A DNA stretch of 63,675 bases, the filler included, from Nemertoderma westbladi (lineage: Eukaryota; Animalia; Xenacoelomorpha), in assembly GCA_032718475.1 (NCBI GenBank). It is 4 parts of 4 records of this genome, joined end to end, with 100 filler letters (N's around TTAATTAATTAA, not from the genome) between each part and the next. Parts side by side here need not be neighbours in the genome. Positions count along the whole stretch, not along the records: positions 1 to 29,238 come from JAUCBJ010007840.1; positions 29,339 to 47,845 come from JAUCBJ010006037.1; 2 more parts are not named here. One strand, 5' to 3'. The notes below the pieces were generated by a model that saw nothing but the letters and a program-made list of their open reading frames with translations, did no database searches and had not been told where the DNA came from. Every line of letters starts with the position of its first letter. The stretch's first letter is position 1. A program made the position numbers and the translations under genes. This document shows, piece after piece, positions 26,735-39,572 of the stretch.

Positions 26735-27126
26735 ATATCGCGTCAGGTATTAAATCACATCAGGGATCCCATTGAGAGACTGATCCGTGGAAATCAGAAT
26801 GGGTTACGTAAAGGTCGTGGGACCATGGAGCCCATTTTGGCACTTAGAAGGATAATTTGAAGAGTTATCAAAAAAAAAAGACAGGCATCTGGCTGTTATC
26901 CAGTGCAAAATCTTGTACTGTACTTTGGCAACTCATGGAGTGAATAAACATGGTGGACAGCCCATGACTTTCTTGAGACGTATCTTAAAGGACACTGGCC
27001 TTGAAGATGCGGATGATCTAGCAAATGTCATGGGTGATAGGGAGTTGTGGCGGCGCAATTTTGTCGACAAGCCGGCACAGCATTCTTAAAAATGCAGCTG
27101 CAATGCAGCATGCCGATCCTAGTAGT
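26735..27126 (+). mobile_element. Internally deleted RTE-like LINE fragment
   Basis: RT N-terminal motif NQNGLRKGRGTMEPILALRRII joined almost directly to the shared 3' end and TAG tail. Confidence 0.8.
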
Positions 27127-27991
27127 ATAATTCGCGTTGTTGTAATAAACTTTATCCCAAATTCATACCGCTAATAGATATATTTTGGAAGGTTCCACGG
27201 AATAGAACATAACATTTTAGTATCGAAAAATTATATATGAAATATAAGACTGAAATTTCAAGATATAATTTTTTTATGCAAAGAAGTGGTTACAGAGGGT
27301 TTTTCAACACATAGAATTTCCTTACTCTATATACTTGGGTTTATGCAAATGTACTGCAAGAAGTTTTACTGAACTGCAAATTATGAGGATCACATAGGTA
27401 TGTGGGGCGAGCCACGAAGTGAGCTGAAGCCTTACCTAATATAATAATATATTAATATATTTGCATAAACTTGTTTATAATCCCTTCGTTTTCCAATCTA
27501 TTATTGGCAATTATATTGACAAGTCTACGTATTTATGTATTTTGGGATTTACTTTATCATGTTGTGTATAATTAAATTTGTGCTACAATTTTACAATTTA
27601 TATATGTTAAAGATCAAAAAATTAGCTTTCGAACGATTCTTGAATGACAGAAATCCGTTTAGCGGTTCAAATTTTACAACTTTGACCAAAATCTTGGACA
27701 TTTAATTTCTTAAAGTGTTACGTGCCATAATAGTTAAAATAGTTAGTTAAATGTAATTTACTAAAAACAATTAATCAATATATCATATGTATAATAATAA
27801 TGTTTTATTTTATACTTCGGATACAAAACTATTTGTCTCATGGGGCGAGCCAATTTATTACCGCATGGTCTATTTATTGTAGATGATGAGTGCAGAATAT
27901 TATTTCACAGGGAAAAACGGTTTGACTTTCATTCTTCTTATTTATTCTACATGCAAGAAAGGATTTTGTGACGTCCAAGGCCTGAAAAATA

Positions 27992-28142
27992 CCCCCCCCC
28001 CCCCCCCCCCCCGTGTAACTTCCCCTCCCCCCCCCCCCCCCTGTGTAACTCCCCCCCCCCCCTGTGTAACTTCCCTCAACCCCCCCCCCCCCCCCCCCCC
28101 CTGTGTAACATCCCTCCACTCCACCCCTAAACCCCTCCCCCC
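27992..28142. repeat. C-rich short repeat (poly-C + TGTGTAAC)
   Basis: Four GTGTAAC units separated by C-runs. Confidence 0.8.
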
Positions 28143-29148
28143 AAAGCGATTAAAATTTAAACCTATCTATCAAAAATCGTCGCAAATCAGCTGATTACGC
28201 GCAAAATCCAACTGTAACCTAAACTATTAAATCTCGTTTGGGTCAAAATCACTAAAAGTGGCCAAAACTATACAAAAACATTTGACACGCCGTAACTTTT
28301 GACTTTCCCAATCGATTCCAATAATTTATATTTTAAAATGACCGGCAATTTTTGGTGTTATTGACACCATTATTTTGCAACGCTACCTTGTTTTTCAGAA
28401 TATCTGCGCGAATTCGAAAAAACATAGATTTTTCAGTTTAAACACTCAACATGTAAGTTAAAGGCATTTAAATTTCATAATATTGACGAAACAGATATGT
28501 TGATATCTATATACCATTTGAAAGAGCTTAAATTCTGCAGAAGCTAATTAATATAAGCATTAGACATTTTATTTGTTTTTTTTTGCCAATTGCATGTTAG
28601 TATATTCATGTTGGTAGTCGGTCAGTTATGAAGTCGGGGTGTGTCGCTTGCTTGCCCCCCCCCCCCCCCCCCGGCCGTTTGTGCCTCCAAATTGTATAAA
28701 TTAAATTCATTTCTAGGAGTAACTCTATTATTAATTATATTTTCAAGGAATTTGTGCTGTGTAGCAGCAACTCTAGTATAACTAAAAATACGAAATATTA
28801 TTGTAGAGGTAATAGATAGATAGGTACGAGTACATACGGAAGTCTACATAAGTATATTTCGTACCTCAATTAATAATAACAAACAAACGCAGAAAACGGA
28901 CGAAGAAATTTACAAAGTCCAGAAATAATAGGAATTAAAGCCAAACAAACAAAAACTATATTTTGTTTTGTTACTTTCTATTTGTACAATTGTTTATTTA
29001 TGAATAGCTACGTAATAGTATAATGTGTTATTCAAAAACTTTATATTTATTTAGAATAAAATATAACTTTTAAAACCAGTTTTACTAGAAATAAACAAAT
29101 ACGAGTCGATGTTTTCTGATACATAAACGTCTAAAACTGTGCGGGTCC

Positions 29149-29238
29149 TTACGCCCTCTCGCCTCTGATCCTACGGGCCAGTTGGATATCCTTCGGCATT
29201 ATGGTAACTCGTTTGGCGTGGATAGCGCACAGATTCGT
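29149..29238 (-). CDS. H3: Histone H3 C-terminal fragment, cut by assembly gap
   Basis: Reverse complement translates TNLCAIHAKRVTIMPKDIQLARRIRGERA-stop; too short for the ORF track. Confidence 0.95.
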   Translation of the reverse strand, partial: TNLCAIHAKRVTIMPKDIQLARRIRGERA

Positions 29239-29338
29239 NNNNNNNNNNNNNNNNNNNNNNNNNNNNNNNNNNNNNNNNNNNNTTAATTAATTAANNNNNN
29301 NNNNNNNNNNNNNNNNNNNNNNNNNNNNNNNNNNNNNN
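29239..29338. other. Artificial gap linker
   Basis: N44-TTAATTAATTAA-N44. Confidence 0.97.
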
Positions 29339-31193
29339 CCGCCGTCTCTCGTCCACCCATTCGACCGCCGAAGCGGGAGTCCGCCAACGTTGTAGCGGGC
29401 GGACGAGGGACAACGGGCGACAAATCAGTAATATTTCGCTCGGGGTCCAGGACCTGAACTGTCGCCTGGGCAGTTCTACTGGGCACAGGTAGCTTAGTGC
29501 TATGTAGAGGGAATTTAGAAGTAGCTTCAGGGAGCACAGGTGTGTCTATCACCGAAGGGGTGATTTCAAGAACAGGCCTAATTATTTCAGGCTCATCTAC
29601 TATAGTAGGGAGTCTTTCTATTGTAATTATTTGGTCTGTGGGCTCTGTACTACCTAAGTTGGTGTTATTTAGTTGCCTTCTAACAGCTGGAGGCAAATCA
29701 GGCAATTTCTGACGGTGGAATGTTCTTTTACGTCTGCTTAGGCGAGATCGATTTCTTCCGCCTTCAGTGTCGGTGGTATCGCCTTCCTCAGATGATGTAT
29801 ACCCCTGTCTCTTGGGAGTAGATCGACTCATCATCCGCATATTGCTCGCTGTTAACTGTTTATTGAAGTTGTCCTGCTTCTCTTGAAGAATTTCCAACTC
29901 TAGTTGGGTTGCCTCTTCAGATGCCCTCCGTTCTGCTTCTACCACTGCCTCTGCTATTGCCAGTGCCGCTTTTCTTTCGGCTTCTGCCGCTGCCACTGCT
30001 GCTGCCACTGCCGTTGTCTTTCTATCTTCTATACGTTTTTTCTTTACTTGTTCTTCTTGTTCTCTAGCGATGCGGAGTTGTTCATCGAATTTAGCTTGGT
30101 TCGCCGCTAACCTATCCACATCAATCGCATCTAACACGAGTTTGGCTCCTTCGCTATTAGGGCTAAGTCCCTCTAGCCTTCTCCTCAACTCTTCATCTCC
30201 CAAAAAACGCTGATAGTCTGACAGATAGATATCAATGGCATCCTTCTTATGCGGTTTCTCTGCCGTCGCTTCACTTTCCACTTGGGAAAAAGTAGCGTCC
30301 GTCGATTCTCCATGGGTTGAGCGCTCCTCCAACTGAGCTTTCCACCGAGCTGCTCCTTGAACCTGGCGACTCACCCGTTGAAACCAAGTTTTTACGGCAA
30401 CTTGCAACGACGTGTCTTGTTTTCTTTTAGAAGCCTCCTCAAAGGCGGATAAGATTAGCCTAATCCGCAAAACTCTTTCTCTAACTTGATAAAGCAGCGA
30501 TCCCTGCTCTTGAGGTCCTTGAGGTTGTTGAAAAAGTTGCTTTTCTACTCGCTCCATAGAGCTGAAGAATCCCTGTGCGTATCCGGCTGCGGACCTCTTC
30601 CACACAGCTGGATCGATGGTTTCCTTGGCTACTCCCATCCGGTGTATGTCTTCCCAGGCAGCTTCTGATAAATCAAACGGGAGTCCGGGTCCGGGGAAGT
30701 TCCATTGCGACTCGACAATAGACTTCAGTTCTTCACTCGTGTATCCCGCGTAACTATCTCTAGTTGACCGTTGACTTCTCGCCCAATCGATCTGGTGTTC
30801 TTCCACCGCGATCAATAACCCAGCGAGCACGGCTGCAGGAAGGATGAGAAGGGGATCCGTATAAACCGCATCCGTCATCTCTGTTCCGCGCTCGAGCGTC
30901 AGCTCTACAGTATCCTCACTACTGGAGCTGCTGGGCCGCTGAGGAATAGATTCTTGACTAGCGGGTTGTTGCTGTTCCGCGGCTTGTTGGTCCCGCTTGA
31001 CCTGAGCTCGGGTGCCTATGATAGACCTACGATGTTGGACTAGCCTAGGTTCTGTTATTACTACTGGAGGGATGACCTTCCTCACAGTGGGAGGTGAACT
31101 GGATTTACGACCAGACGGTTGTACGTCTCTATCTGAGTCGCAGATAGTTACATCTAATATACTGTCTGACAGGTTCTGCTTAGTATCAGACAT
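29339..31193 (-). CDS. Long uncharacterised ORF (at least ~618 aa, 3'-truncated by gap), probably ORF1/gag-like of the long-LTR element
   Basis: Intronless open frame with Glu/Ala/Lys-rich coiled-coil-like middle and Ser/Pro/Thr-rich ends; same strand as and downstream of LTR 35803-38407. No diagnostic motif recognised. Confidence 0.65.
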
Positions 31194-32601
31194 GACTATG
31201 TATACCGCTGAATGTCTACTGCTGTATTACAGTCTGAGTAAGTCTAGTAACTCAGTATTAACTGCTAGCCTAGTAATTAATTACCGGTACTGCTACTCAG
31301 TGTAGCGTGATATATATAATATATTAAATACCGGTATGCTTATAGTATATATAAGTATATAAGTATTATTACAGACTAGGTTTATCACAGAATACCGGTA
31401 TAATTTTAGCACAAATATATATAAATATATAATAGGCCTATCGGAATACCGGTATACAGCTTACAGTTTGTAGTATATATAATTCTGGAATAGAATTAAT
31501 TACAAGTACCGGTATAATTTCAGCCTAGATTTATAGAAATAAATAATAGGCCTATCGTAAATACCGGTATATCAATTATTTTGGAATAATTGAATTTCTG
31601 AACTTTAGGGTTACTTGGTTACTTTAACTTACTTTATTACCGTTATTTAAGCAGTAATCCAACTGATATTGAGACCTAATGGTTGTATGGTAGGCCTACT
31701 ATTTATAAATCGTTAGATTTGATTTATAATATATATATACCCGTTTTAATGGGTTTTGTCAATGTTTGAAATAAATGTTATTATTTCTGGGGAGTAATCA
31801 CTACACAAAGCGGTGCGCTTTCAGTGAAGTGTTACTTATAGACACTAAAACAAATATTACTAATTTACCTAAGTTACTTAATACTACAAATTACGTACAA
31901 TTCGGGTGAGATTACAATCTCTAAATAAATGCAAAAATTTACAAAAAACACAAAATACGAATTTTTAGGGTAATTTTACAAGAAGTCTACAAACCAGCCT
32001 AACAAAGGGTTAGAAAACTGGTTATTACAACGGACAGGGTACTGCGGTATTTGAAAATAATACGTAGTAGTAAATACACTGCGTTGTCCAGATAGAAAAA
32101 TACCACCGCCTGACGACCTATAGCCGTATCGCTATAGGTTCTACGTTATGTATCACGGAGTGTTCCTACCTAGAAGTTAATAGAGCTAATCGAATGTGCC
32201 TATCAACCACTTTACAACACAAATATAATGCCTACACTAATTATTTTCGGAAAGCACTGTACACTAAACCCTAAATTAGGTACGAGTACTTGTACAACAG
32301 ATAATCAGTAATTAAATATACTTGAACAGCTAAAAGAACCACGGCATCTGCTGGAGTGACCGATGCACAAAATCACCAGTCTTTACCTACGCCAAGCAGC
32401 CCGTGTAGTACCGAGGTTAATTTAACTATAGCGGTATGTATAACAAACACAATTACTGTAGGAACAAACTTGGGGACTTGAATGTTGCGAATAATCGCAT
32501 AAACTCTGAATAATAAATATTACGCTACGCGTACAAACCACTCAAACAAAAATGCAGACTAAATACTGACAGACTACTATCAAGCCTAAATAAACTACAG
32601 G

Positions 32602-33129
32602 CCATTCTGCTAAGTAGGGCATGTACGCCGAACGCGTTCGGCGCACAATTTTTTCCAGAATTTGGAGCAGGCGCAGAAAATTGAGAGCGCAGCGCAGCGC
32701 CGCGCAGCGCGCAGGCGCAGAAAATTTAGAGCGCGGCGCGACAGGCGCAGGCGCAGAAAATTGATAGCACGGCTCAGACTTGCATTACAGCACTAAGTCA
32801 GTACCGGTAAGTAGACCTACCCGCTACCCCTGGCAGTCTGCCGACTACCGGTAACAGGGTAATGACAATACAGATAAGACTGTAAGAAATACTGAAATAA
32901 TAAGCCTCCTACTTGCTACTTGGCTGCTTGGTGTGCTTTAGGCCAGTACAGCAGTAGGCAGGCAGGTTCGTGGTAGGAGATTTCGCGCAGTATTTCTGCT
33001 GCGCGCGCCAATCTCGCGCAGTTTTTCTGCTGCGCACGCGGATTTTGCACTGTTTTCGACTGCGCAGGCGCACATTTTTTTCTGCGCCGCGTCGCGTTCG
33101 GCGCACAAAAAAATCACTTAGCATACGGG
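32602..33129. mobile_element. 528-bp MITE with 8-bp TSD
   Basis: TSD ACTACAGG at 32594-32601 and 33130-33137; imperfect TIRs sharing TGCTAAGT; inverted GCGCAGAAA subterminal repeats; empty site visible in the duplicate near 35330. Confidence 0.85.
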
Positions 33130-33407
33130 ACTACAGGACATGCAGACTCCGAAATAGTTAGGTAGTATGCGTTCTAACCCAGTAGTACGACTTATTCTTT
33201 AATTGGGGGTTTACTTTACAGCAATGGCTACCCCAACTTCCCAACCGTTCTTTATCGGACAAGGGCTCTACACACACTGCAATCCGTTCAGACCTAATAA
33301 CAGACAGACAACTATCCAGCCTACAAATTATCTAAATGATATTATACGCTACCTGTACAGACTACACAAACAAAGTACAGACCAAACGATGGCAGACTAC
33401 TCTCAAG

Positions 33408-35316
33408 CAGTCGGTGAGAAGTCAAAAATTGGACTTCAAGTCCAATTTTAGACTTCAAGTCCAATTTTGGACTCCAAAGTCCAATATTGGACTTTGGTAC
33501 AACTCCAAGTGTACCCATGCTGCCATACTGTATATCGGTATTTAAATCAAAACTGCATCCCGTATCAGTACATATATATTACATAATTACAATGATACAT
33601 TATTTTAATGATCAAATTAATTATTATATGTATTATAAACAGGGATCGCACACGTACAGTCAGACATCAGTAGTTACTTTTTGCGGTAGTGGTATAGCTT
33701 TGCGGTAGCCTTACTGCCCTAGCGGTGTATACCGCGGTAGCGTAGTGGAGTTATAGCTGTATAGTTCATTCATACCCATACTGCCATACCTGTGGTATTT
33801 TCGTATGGCAAAAATAAGACTACTGTAAACTGTAACCTATTATGTTATTGAGTTAATGTTTATTGACTAATTGTTTTGATTAGGTTCACTGTGTCAAGTA
33901 CAATGCACACATCTCTGCATCTCCAACCAAACACTATATAACATTGGAGGTGTCTCATTCAGTCATTGGTTCCCCCAAGCTTGACACTAGAACAAAGCCG
34001 CCTCCGCTTTGCAGGACATCGCTTTAAGCCGTGAGGACCAGCCAGTGCACCTCATGGAGTGAATAAGCATGGTGGACAGCCCATAACTTTCTTGAGACGC
34101 ATCTTTCTTACTGTCTTAAAGGACACTGGCCTTGAAGATGCGGATGATCTAGCAAATGTCATGGGTGATAAGGCTGTAAGAGTATAAGGGAGTTGTGGGG
34201 GCGCACTTTTGTCAACAAGCCGGCACAGCATTCTTAATACATAATAGGGCCTATATATATAATGCAGTTGCAATGAATCATGCCGATTGTAGTAGTAGTT
34301 AGTATGTGGTGAGGTTATAGGGCTCCTTCAATTGGTAATGTCAAAAGTGGCCGTTTATTGTTTTAGTTAGAAAAGCCTGCATCTGTAACCTGTTCCTTTC
34401 CCTCAATTGGTTTATGATTATGACGTGTGTTACTTGTTACTTCTGTACTTATTATGTGGAGACCCCAACACGTTAATCAGTTACTAATCCCATTTCATTA
34501 TCCTGTTATCCAGCCGTTTTATAATACCCTTCCTGTTGTATGGAAAAATTAGAAGAGATGGTGGTAGCATCAATGGTGGTAGTATTTCTTTCTGATAGGG
34601 CTCCCATAGCCTTAGACGAAATCGTAGCTTGTACTGTAGTTAGCCTTAGCAGCAGCTGCAGTTGGCTAACCTGGCATTGCTACCAGTACTGCAGTATCCA
34701 CCAAATATAATTTGTAATTAAATATTTGTTGGAGCATAATCTAATCTAGTTCTAAAGACACTATAAAGTCCTGGGTACATAAGGCTGTAAGGTTAGACAT
34801 AACATGAATGTAAATTGTAAACTAAACAATATGTTAAAAGTAAAGTACAAAGTACCTAGAATGCTAGAATGTACCATTATATTCTAAGTAGAGTACAGTA
34901 CAGTCATTACACTGAAGATACATACAGAGCTGCAAAGGTAACTTTCCATAACTTAACAGCTGTCTGGCTGTCTCTCATCTGTCATGCTTCATGTACCTTT
35001 AAGTTCGATTCTCAATCTGTCAATGTCACGTCCAAAATTGGACTTAAAGTCCAATATTAGACTTTTGTAAAAATTCAAAGCCTTATAAAAAAAGTTCCCC
35101 CTGGTGAATTTCAGGTCCCCCTGTTCAAAACTCTTATTTTTTGATATATTTTCTATTAAAGAAAAAAAATCCCGCCCGATCCAATTACCCAAAGCCCTGG
35201 AACAATTGGCTGATTTGAAGTCCAATATTGGACTCACAGAAGTCCAATTTTGGACTTGAACTGGAGTCGAAGTCCAATTTTGGACTCAAGTCCAATTTTT
35301 GACTTCTCACCGACTG
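33408..35316. mobile_element. Non-autonomous TIR element, CAGT termini, 5-bp TSD
   Basis: TIR CAGTCGGTGAGAAGTCAAAAATTGGACTT; TSD TCAAG (33403-33407, 35317-35321); AGTCCAA/TTGGACT subterminal repeats. Confidence 0.9.
33885..34300 (+). mobile_element. RTE-like LINE 3' fragment nested in the TIR element
   Basis: Matches 15500-15830; (TAG)n tail. Confidence 0.85.
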
Positions 35317-35802
35317 TCAAGCCTAAATAAACTACAGGACATGCAGACTCCGAAATAGTTAGGTAGTATGCGTTCTAACCCAGTAGTATGACTTATTCTT
35401 TAATTGGGGGTTTACTTTACAGCAATGGCTACCCCAACTTCCCAACCGTTCTTTATCGGACAGGTGACCTACACACACTGCAATTCGTTCGGACTTAACA
35501 GCAATCAGACAACAGCTCAGCCTACAAATTGTCTGTACAATCTGATCAGGCTTACACGCCTTCTGTTCAATACTGGCCTACAAACAAATAAAACTTGACA
35601 GAAATAAGTAAAAATCTCAATAAAAAACCAGGGCTGCAGTCCCTGATTAATTATTAAGGCCTACCGGTATATAATAATCAAAATCGAATAATACTGCTGT
35701 AGGTACCGGTCCGGATGATCAGGCTGTCAGGCCTACTGGTTACCGGTCGACCGGTACTTTCGACTTTATTGCTTACTGCAATAAAGAAGCAATATCCGTT
35801 AT

Positions 35803-38407
35803 TGTTCGCGCTTTCAGACCTTTGGCAGTTTAACCCGCCAAATTAGGATGTCTGTTAGATAATAAATCACTTTAGCCGATGACAAATATTTGATTCACTA
35901 CACTAGTCGAAACCAATCTGTGCGCGATCATTCACCCGCTGGATAATTCCCGGGAGATTGGGTTCGACGGCTTAATTTTATTGCTATGTAAGCTTAATGT
36001 ATTATTCGACTGACAGTATTATATAATCTCTGACAATATTATTCACTTTCGGGAATATTAACAGTTCCTTTAGGACGTGGCGCTTTATTTATATAAACAG
36101 AGTTATGACTTAAACTACTCACAACGATATGGCTTAATTATAATTCACATATATGGCACATTCTTTCAGTTAGGTACAATGGCCAAATCTGGCAACCTCA
36201 AAAGTTGCCACATATGGCAATGTTTATTGCCAAATCTGGCAACTTTTGGTTTTTCTAATTTTCGCACGCCCAGAAGCAAAATCGCATTTTGGTATATAGT
36301 TAAGTGAAAAGAGCGCGAAATTTAAATATAATTGACCGTATAAGAAAAAAAATCATCGTCTGAATTTCTCTTAGCAATAGGCCGAAATGTGCCTAAAATA
36401 ATTATTGCCATTTTTGGCAACCATTAGAATTAAAGAAAAATAATGGTTGCCATTTTTGGCAACAATTATTATTGTGCAGCCCTGTCTGCCTGTCAGTAAC
36501 CCTGTCATTGTAAATTACTTCAAAATTGCTTACTGCTTGCTTACCCTTGTCGAGTTGTGATGATTTATAAACATTATTAGTTGATGAAATATCAGAATGT
36601 AGGCCTATTTGATATGTTGTTGTTAATATGTTAATGGACAGATGGATGAGTCTGTAACATATACAGTACTGGTAGACTGGTATATAGGCCCTATGGTATA
36701 GGCATAAACAAATCTAAAGAATCACATGCTTCAAAGGCTGAAATGGAAATAAACGTAATAATATTTGACAACGTCAGAACGTTATCATCACCAAAAGGCA
36801 GCAAGAAGGCAAGGGGGCATTAAAGTTTGAGAAACAGCGTGATGGAAGAAAAATAGTGCCAAAATTTAGAAAGACTGAGAAAACCAAAACGCGTGTTAAC
36901 AGGCAGGTTAAGGGATTCAACAAATTGTTTCTAGTAGGCCCTAATCAGCTAATGAAAAACGGGATGAAATTATTTTCATTATATGTGTGTATGTACTGAT
37001 GTAGGAATGGAAAGATAGATATACTGAACTGATATAGCAGTATACTGGTATAGAGTGAAGGATGATTTAGATTGCTGGGCAATTGTATCAGCATTACACA
37101 GTTACAATCTTTAACTACTAAACTAATATTGGTACAAACAACAATCAACCACCTCCCAAAGCAGCGCCAGAGATTACTAACAAAAATGTCAAAAAAGCAA
37201 AAAAACTATCACCAGTCAGTCTGTGTTTGTGTTATTGACTCTCATTCTCACCTCATTTATTAGGATATATTGTTGTATTGGTTAGAACTTAGAATATGGC
37301 ACTACTGGCTGACTGGTATAAGTATAACATGTAACCTGGCCCTACCCCTTTGCCTTTTTTCTAGGCCTAACATTAACATTTCAGGATCTAAGGAATGACC
37401 ATACTGCCATAGACAGATAGAAGGACTTAATGACGCAGAACCATATAATCCATATTCAATGAGTTAGTTCATAGTTAAGTTGCCAAATATGGCAACAACG
37501 GCTTTATATAGTTGCCAAATCAGGCAATCAGAAATGTTGCCAGATTTTGCTTGGTTGCCAAATATGGCAATCACAATCATTGCCAGATTTGGCCATTGTA
37601 CCTAACTGTCTTTAGGAAATGCTTCGTTATCAGTCTCACTCATACACAATGCTGCACAATACTGCACACTGATCTGCCGATCTTCACTGATTTTAGTCAC
37701 ATATAAAAGGAACACGGACTGACTCATGTAGGGGCTATCAAATAACATTAGATTCACTTCAAACCACTTTAACATAAGTCACAATCGTTATGTATAACCT
37801 TTCTCTCTTACCTTCAGTATATCAAGAATATTGGGTTTTCGGGGTTATTTATCGTTATTCCAAATATAATAATTCATCAACCAAATTATGAAGTACAGAC
37901 AGCAAATAGCAGTATAACAATATAAAGTATGCACAGTGTTACACAGTATGCAGTGTATGCAGTACTGCAGTATGCATTGATTGCATTGAGTTAGGTTAGT
38001 CAAGTTAGATAACGGATATATGTCCTTATGATTAAGCCTACTAGTGTACGGCTAAAACAGTAAAGCACAAAATACTTCCAAGCCGTTCTTTCTTTGGCTC
38101 AGGACTGAATGTAAACACTGCACATAGGCATTGCGTCATTTCTCGGAAATTTTCTGTACAAGGAGCCACAAAAACGCTCTAATTGGCTGACTGAACCGAG
38201 AGACGCTGTAGAACAAAGGAAATCAACACGTATGAATGTCAGCTGTTAACCGTAGTCATAGTAACTACTGTTCAAGAGTAGCTATCACCCCTTTGCGTCA
38301 CGAATTGCCATAGAATCATAAAATATGCCTTTCACAGTACACATACGGAGGAAATAGGTCTTAGATCCTCTAAAAACACCGATACAGCAATAATACGGTC
38401 TCTTACA
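35803..38407 (-). mobile_element. LTR (5' LTR) of long-LTR family, copy 2, interrupted by a TIR element
   Basis: Minus strand starts TGTAAGAG and ends GCGCGAACA; ~1.16 kb after removing the insertion; homologous to 412-1691. Confidence 0.75.
36167..37608. mobile_element. Non-autonomous TIR element, CAGT termini, 5-bp TSD
   Basis: 29-bp perfect TIR CAGTTAGGTACAATGGCCAAATCTGGCAA; TSD TCTTT (36162-36166, 37609-37613); TTGCCA..TGGCAA subterminal repeats; empty site seen near 60021. Confidence 0.92.
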
Positions 38408-39572
38408 CTTATTAAATCAACTACAGAGTATTTTAATGTAAAAGATAATAAAAATAACGGGGCAATTCAGCAAAGGCTTTTACATCTTCATAAAACTTGA
38501 CTGCTTGTTCTAGCTCTGAGGCATTGGTTGGACTGTAGCAACATATAATTGTTGCCTTGGGATTCCCATCAAATGTTGCGATCATAACCCTGGAATTTAT
38601 AGATTCGATGTTGTTTAGGGTCTTAAGTGCAAATGGGCTTAGCAGTCTGTTAGGCAGTTTCTGTCGGTTAGGCAGTTTGTTCTGTGGTTAAATAAATGTA
38701 GATAATTTGGAAGACCAATGTACATAAAAATCAGCCTTACGCTGCCGGTGCAATAAGTCCACTTTTCCTCAAGCAATGACTATTCCATTTCAATCGTTCA
38801 TAATCTAAAGTTTGTCTGCTTGTTGCAATTGTGTTGCAGTTTGAATGCTTGTCGCAATGGAGCTTTTAGTAGTTTCAGTTTTCAACTGCTGCTACTATGC
38901 CTCCAAATCACACAAAGTCGCCAACCAATCCTTATTTTTGTGATGATTGGTTCAGATTGTGCAATTCAGGAGTTTCACGATGTTGATGCCATACTGCTGT
39001 ACTGCCGTAGCCGTACCATGTACTGACGTCCGGTACCGTTGCATAATTCAATACACTGCAATAATTTACGGTATCATCAGATAGTGGTGCACTTCTGCAC
39101 TTTGACCACAAGCGAAAATACAGAAATAGTGATCTTCAGCGCCAATTGACCGCAAGTGAAATAATGTATATAGTTTATTGTTTTGATTAGAAAACACCGC
39201 CACTGTAACCTGTTCCTTTCCCTTAATGTTTTTAATTAAATTAAACCAATTTTTAAAAGCCACTAAAATTTATTTTGTGTTTGCGGTCATTTCGCGCAAT
39301 TGACTCCTGCACCACAGAACCACCAGCCTCAGAGCCTGCCAGCTGCATGTCAACACATTTATAACGTACTGACAGGCCCTACATGCCCTACTTGACCCTG
39401 CCCACGGAAGTTATAGCCTACAATAACACTACCGCACCGGTATTGTATGGGTATGGTAGGCCTACTGCCTGACAGCTGAGCTAGTCACTAGTGAGCTAAC
39501 CGTTACCACCGTACGACGTACCGGTACCGGTACCATACCAGTCAACTGGTCAAACAGTACCGGTACTTGGAA

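Noticed and set aside
27874-28194. Poly-Gly and poly-Pro ORFs
   Set aside because: Translations of C-runs.
29239-29338. TTAATTAATTAA inside N runs, and the ORF stop placed at 29283
   Set aside because: Identical artificial linker at three places; not biological.
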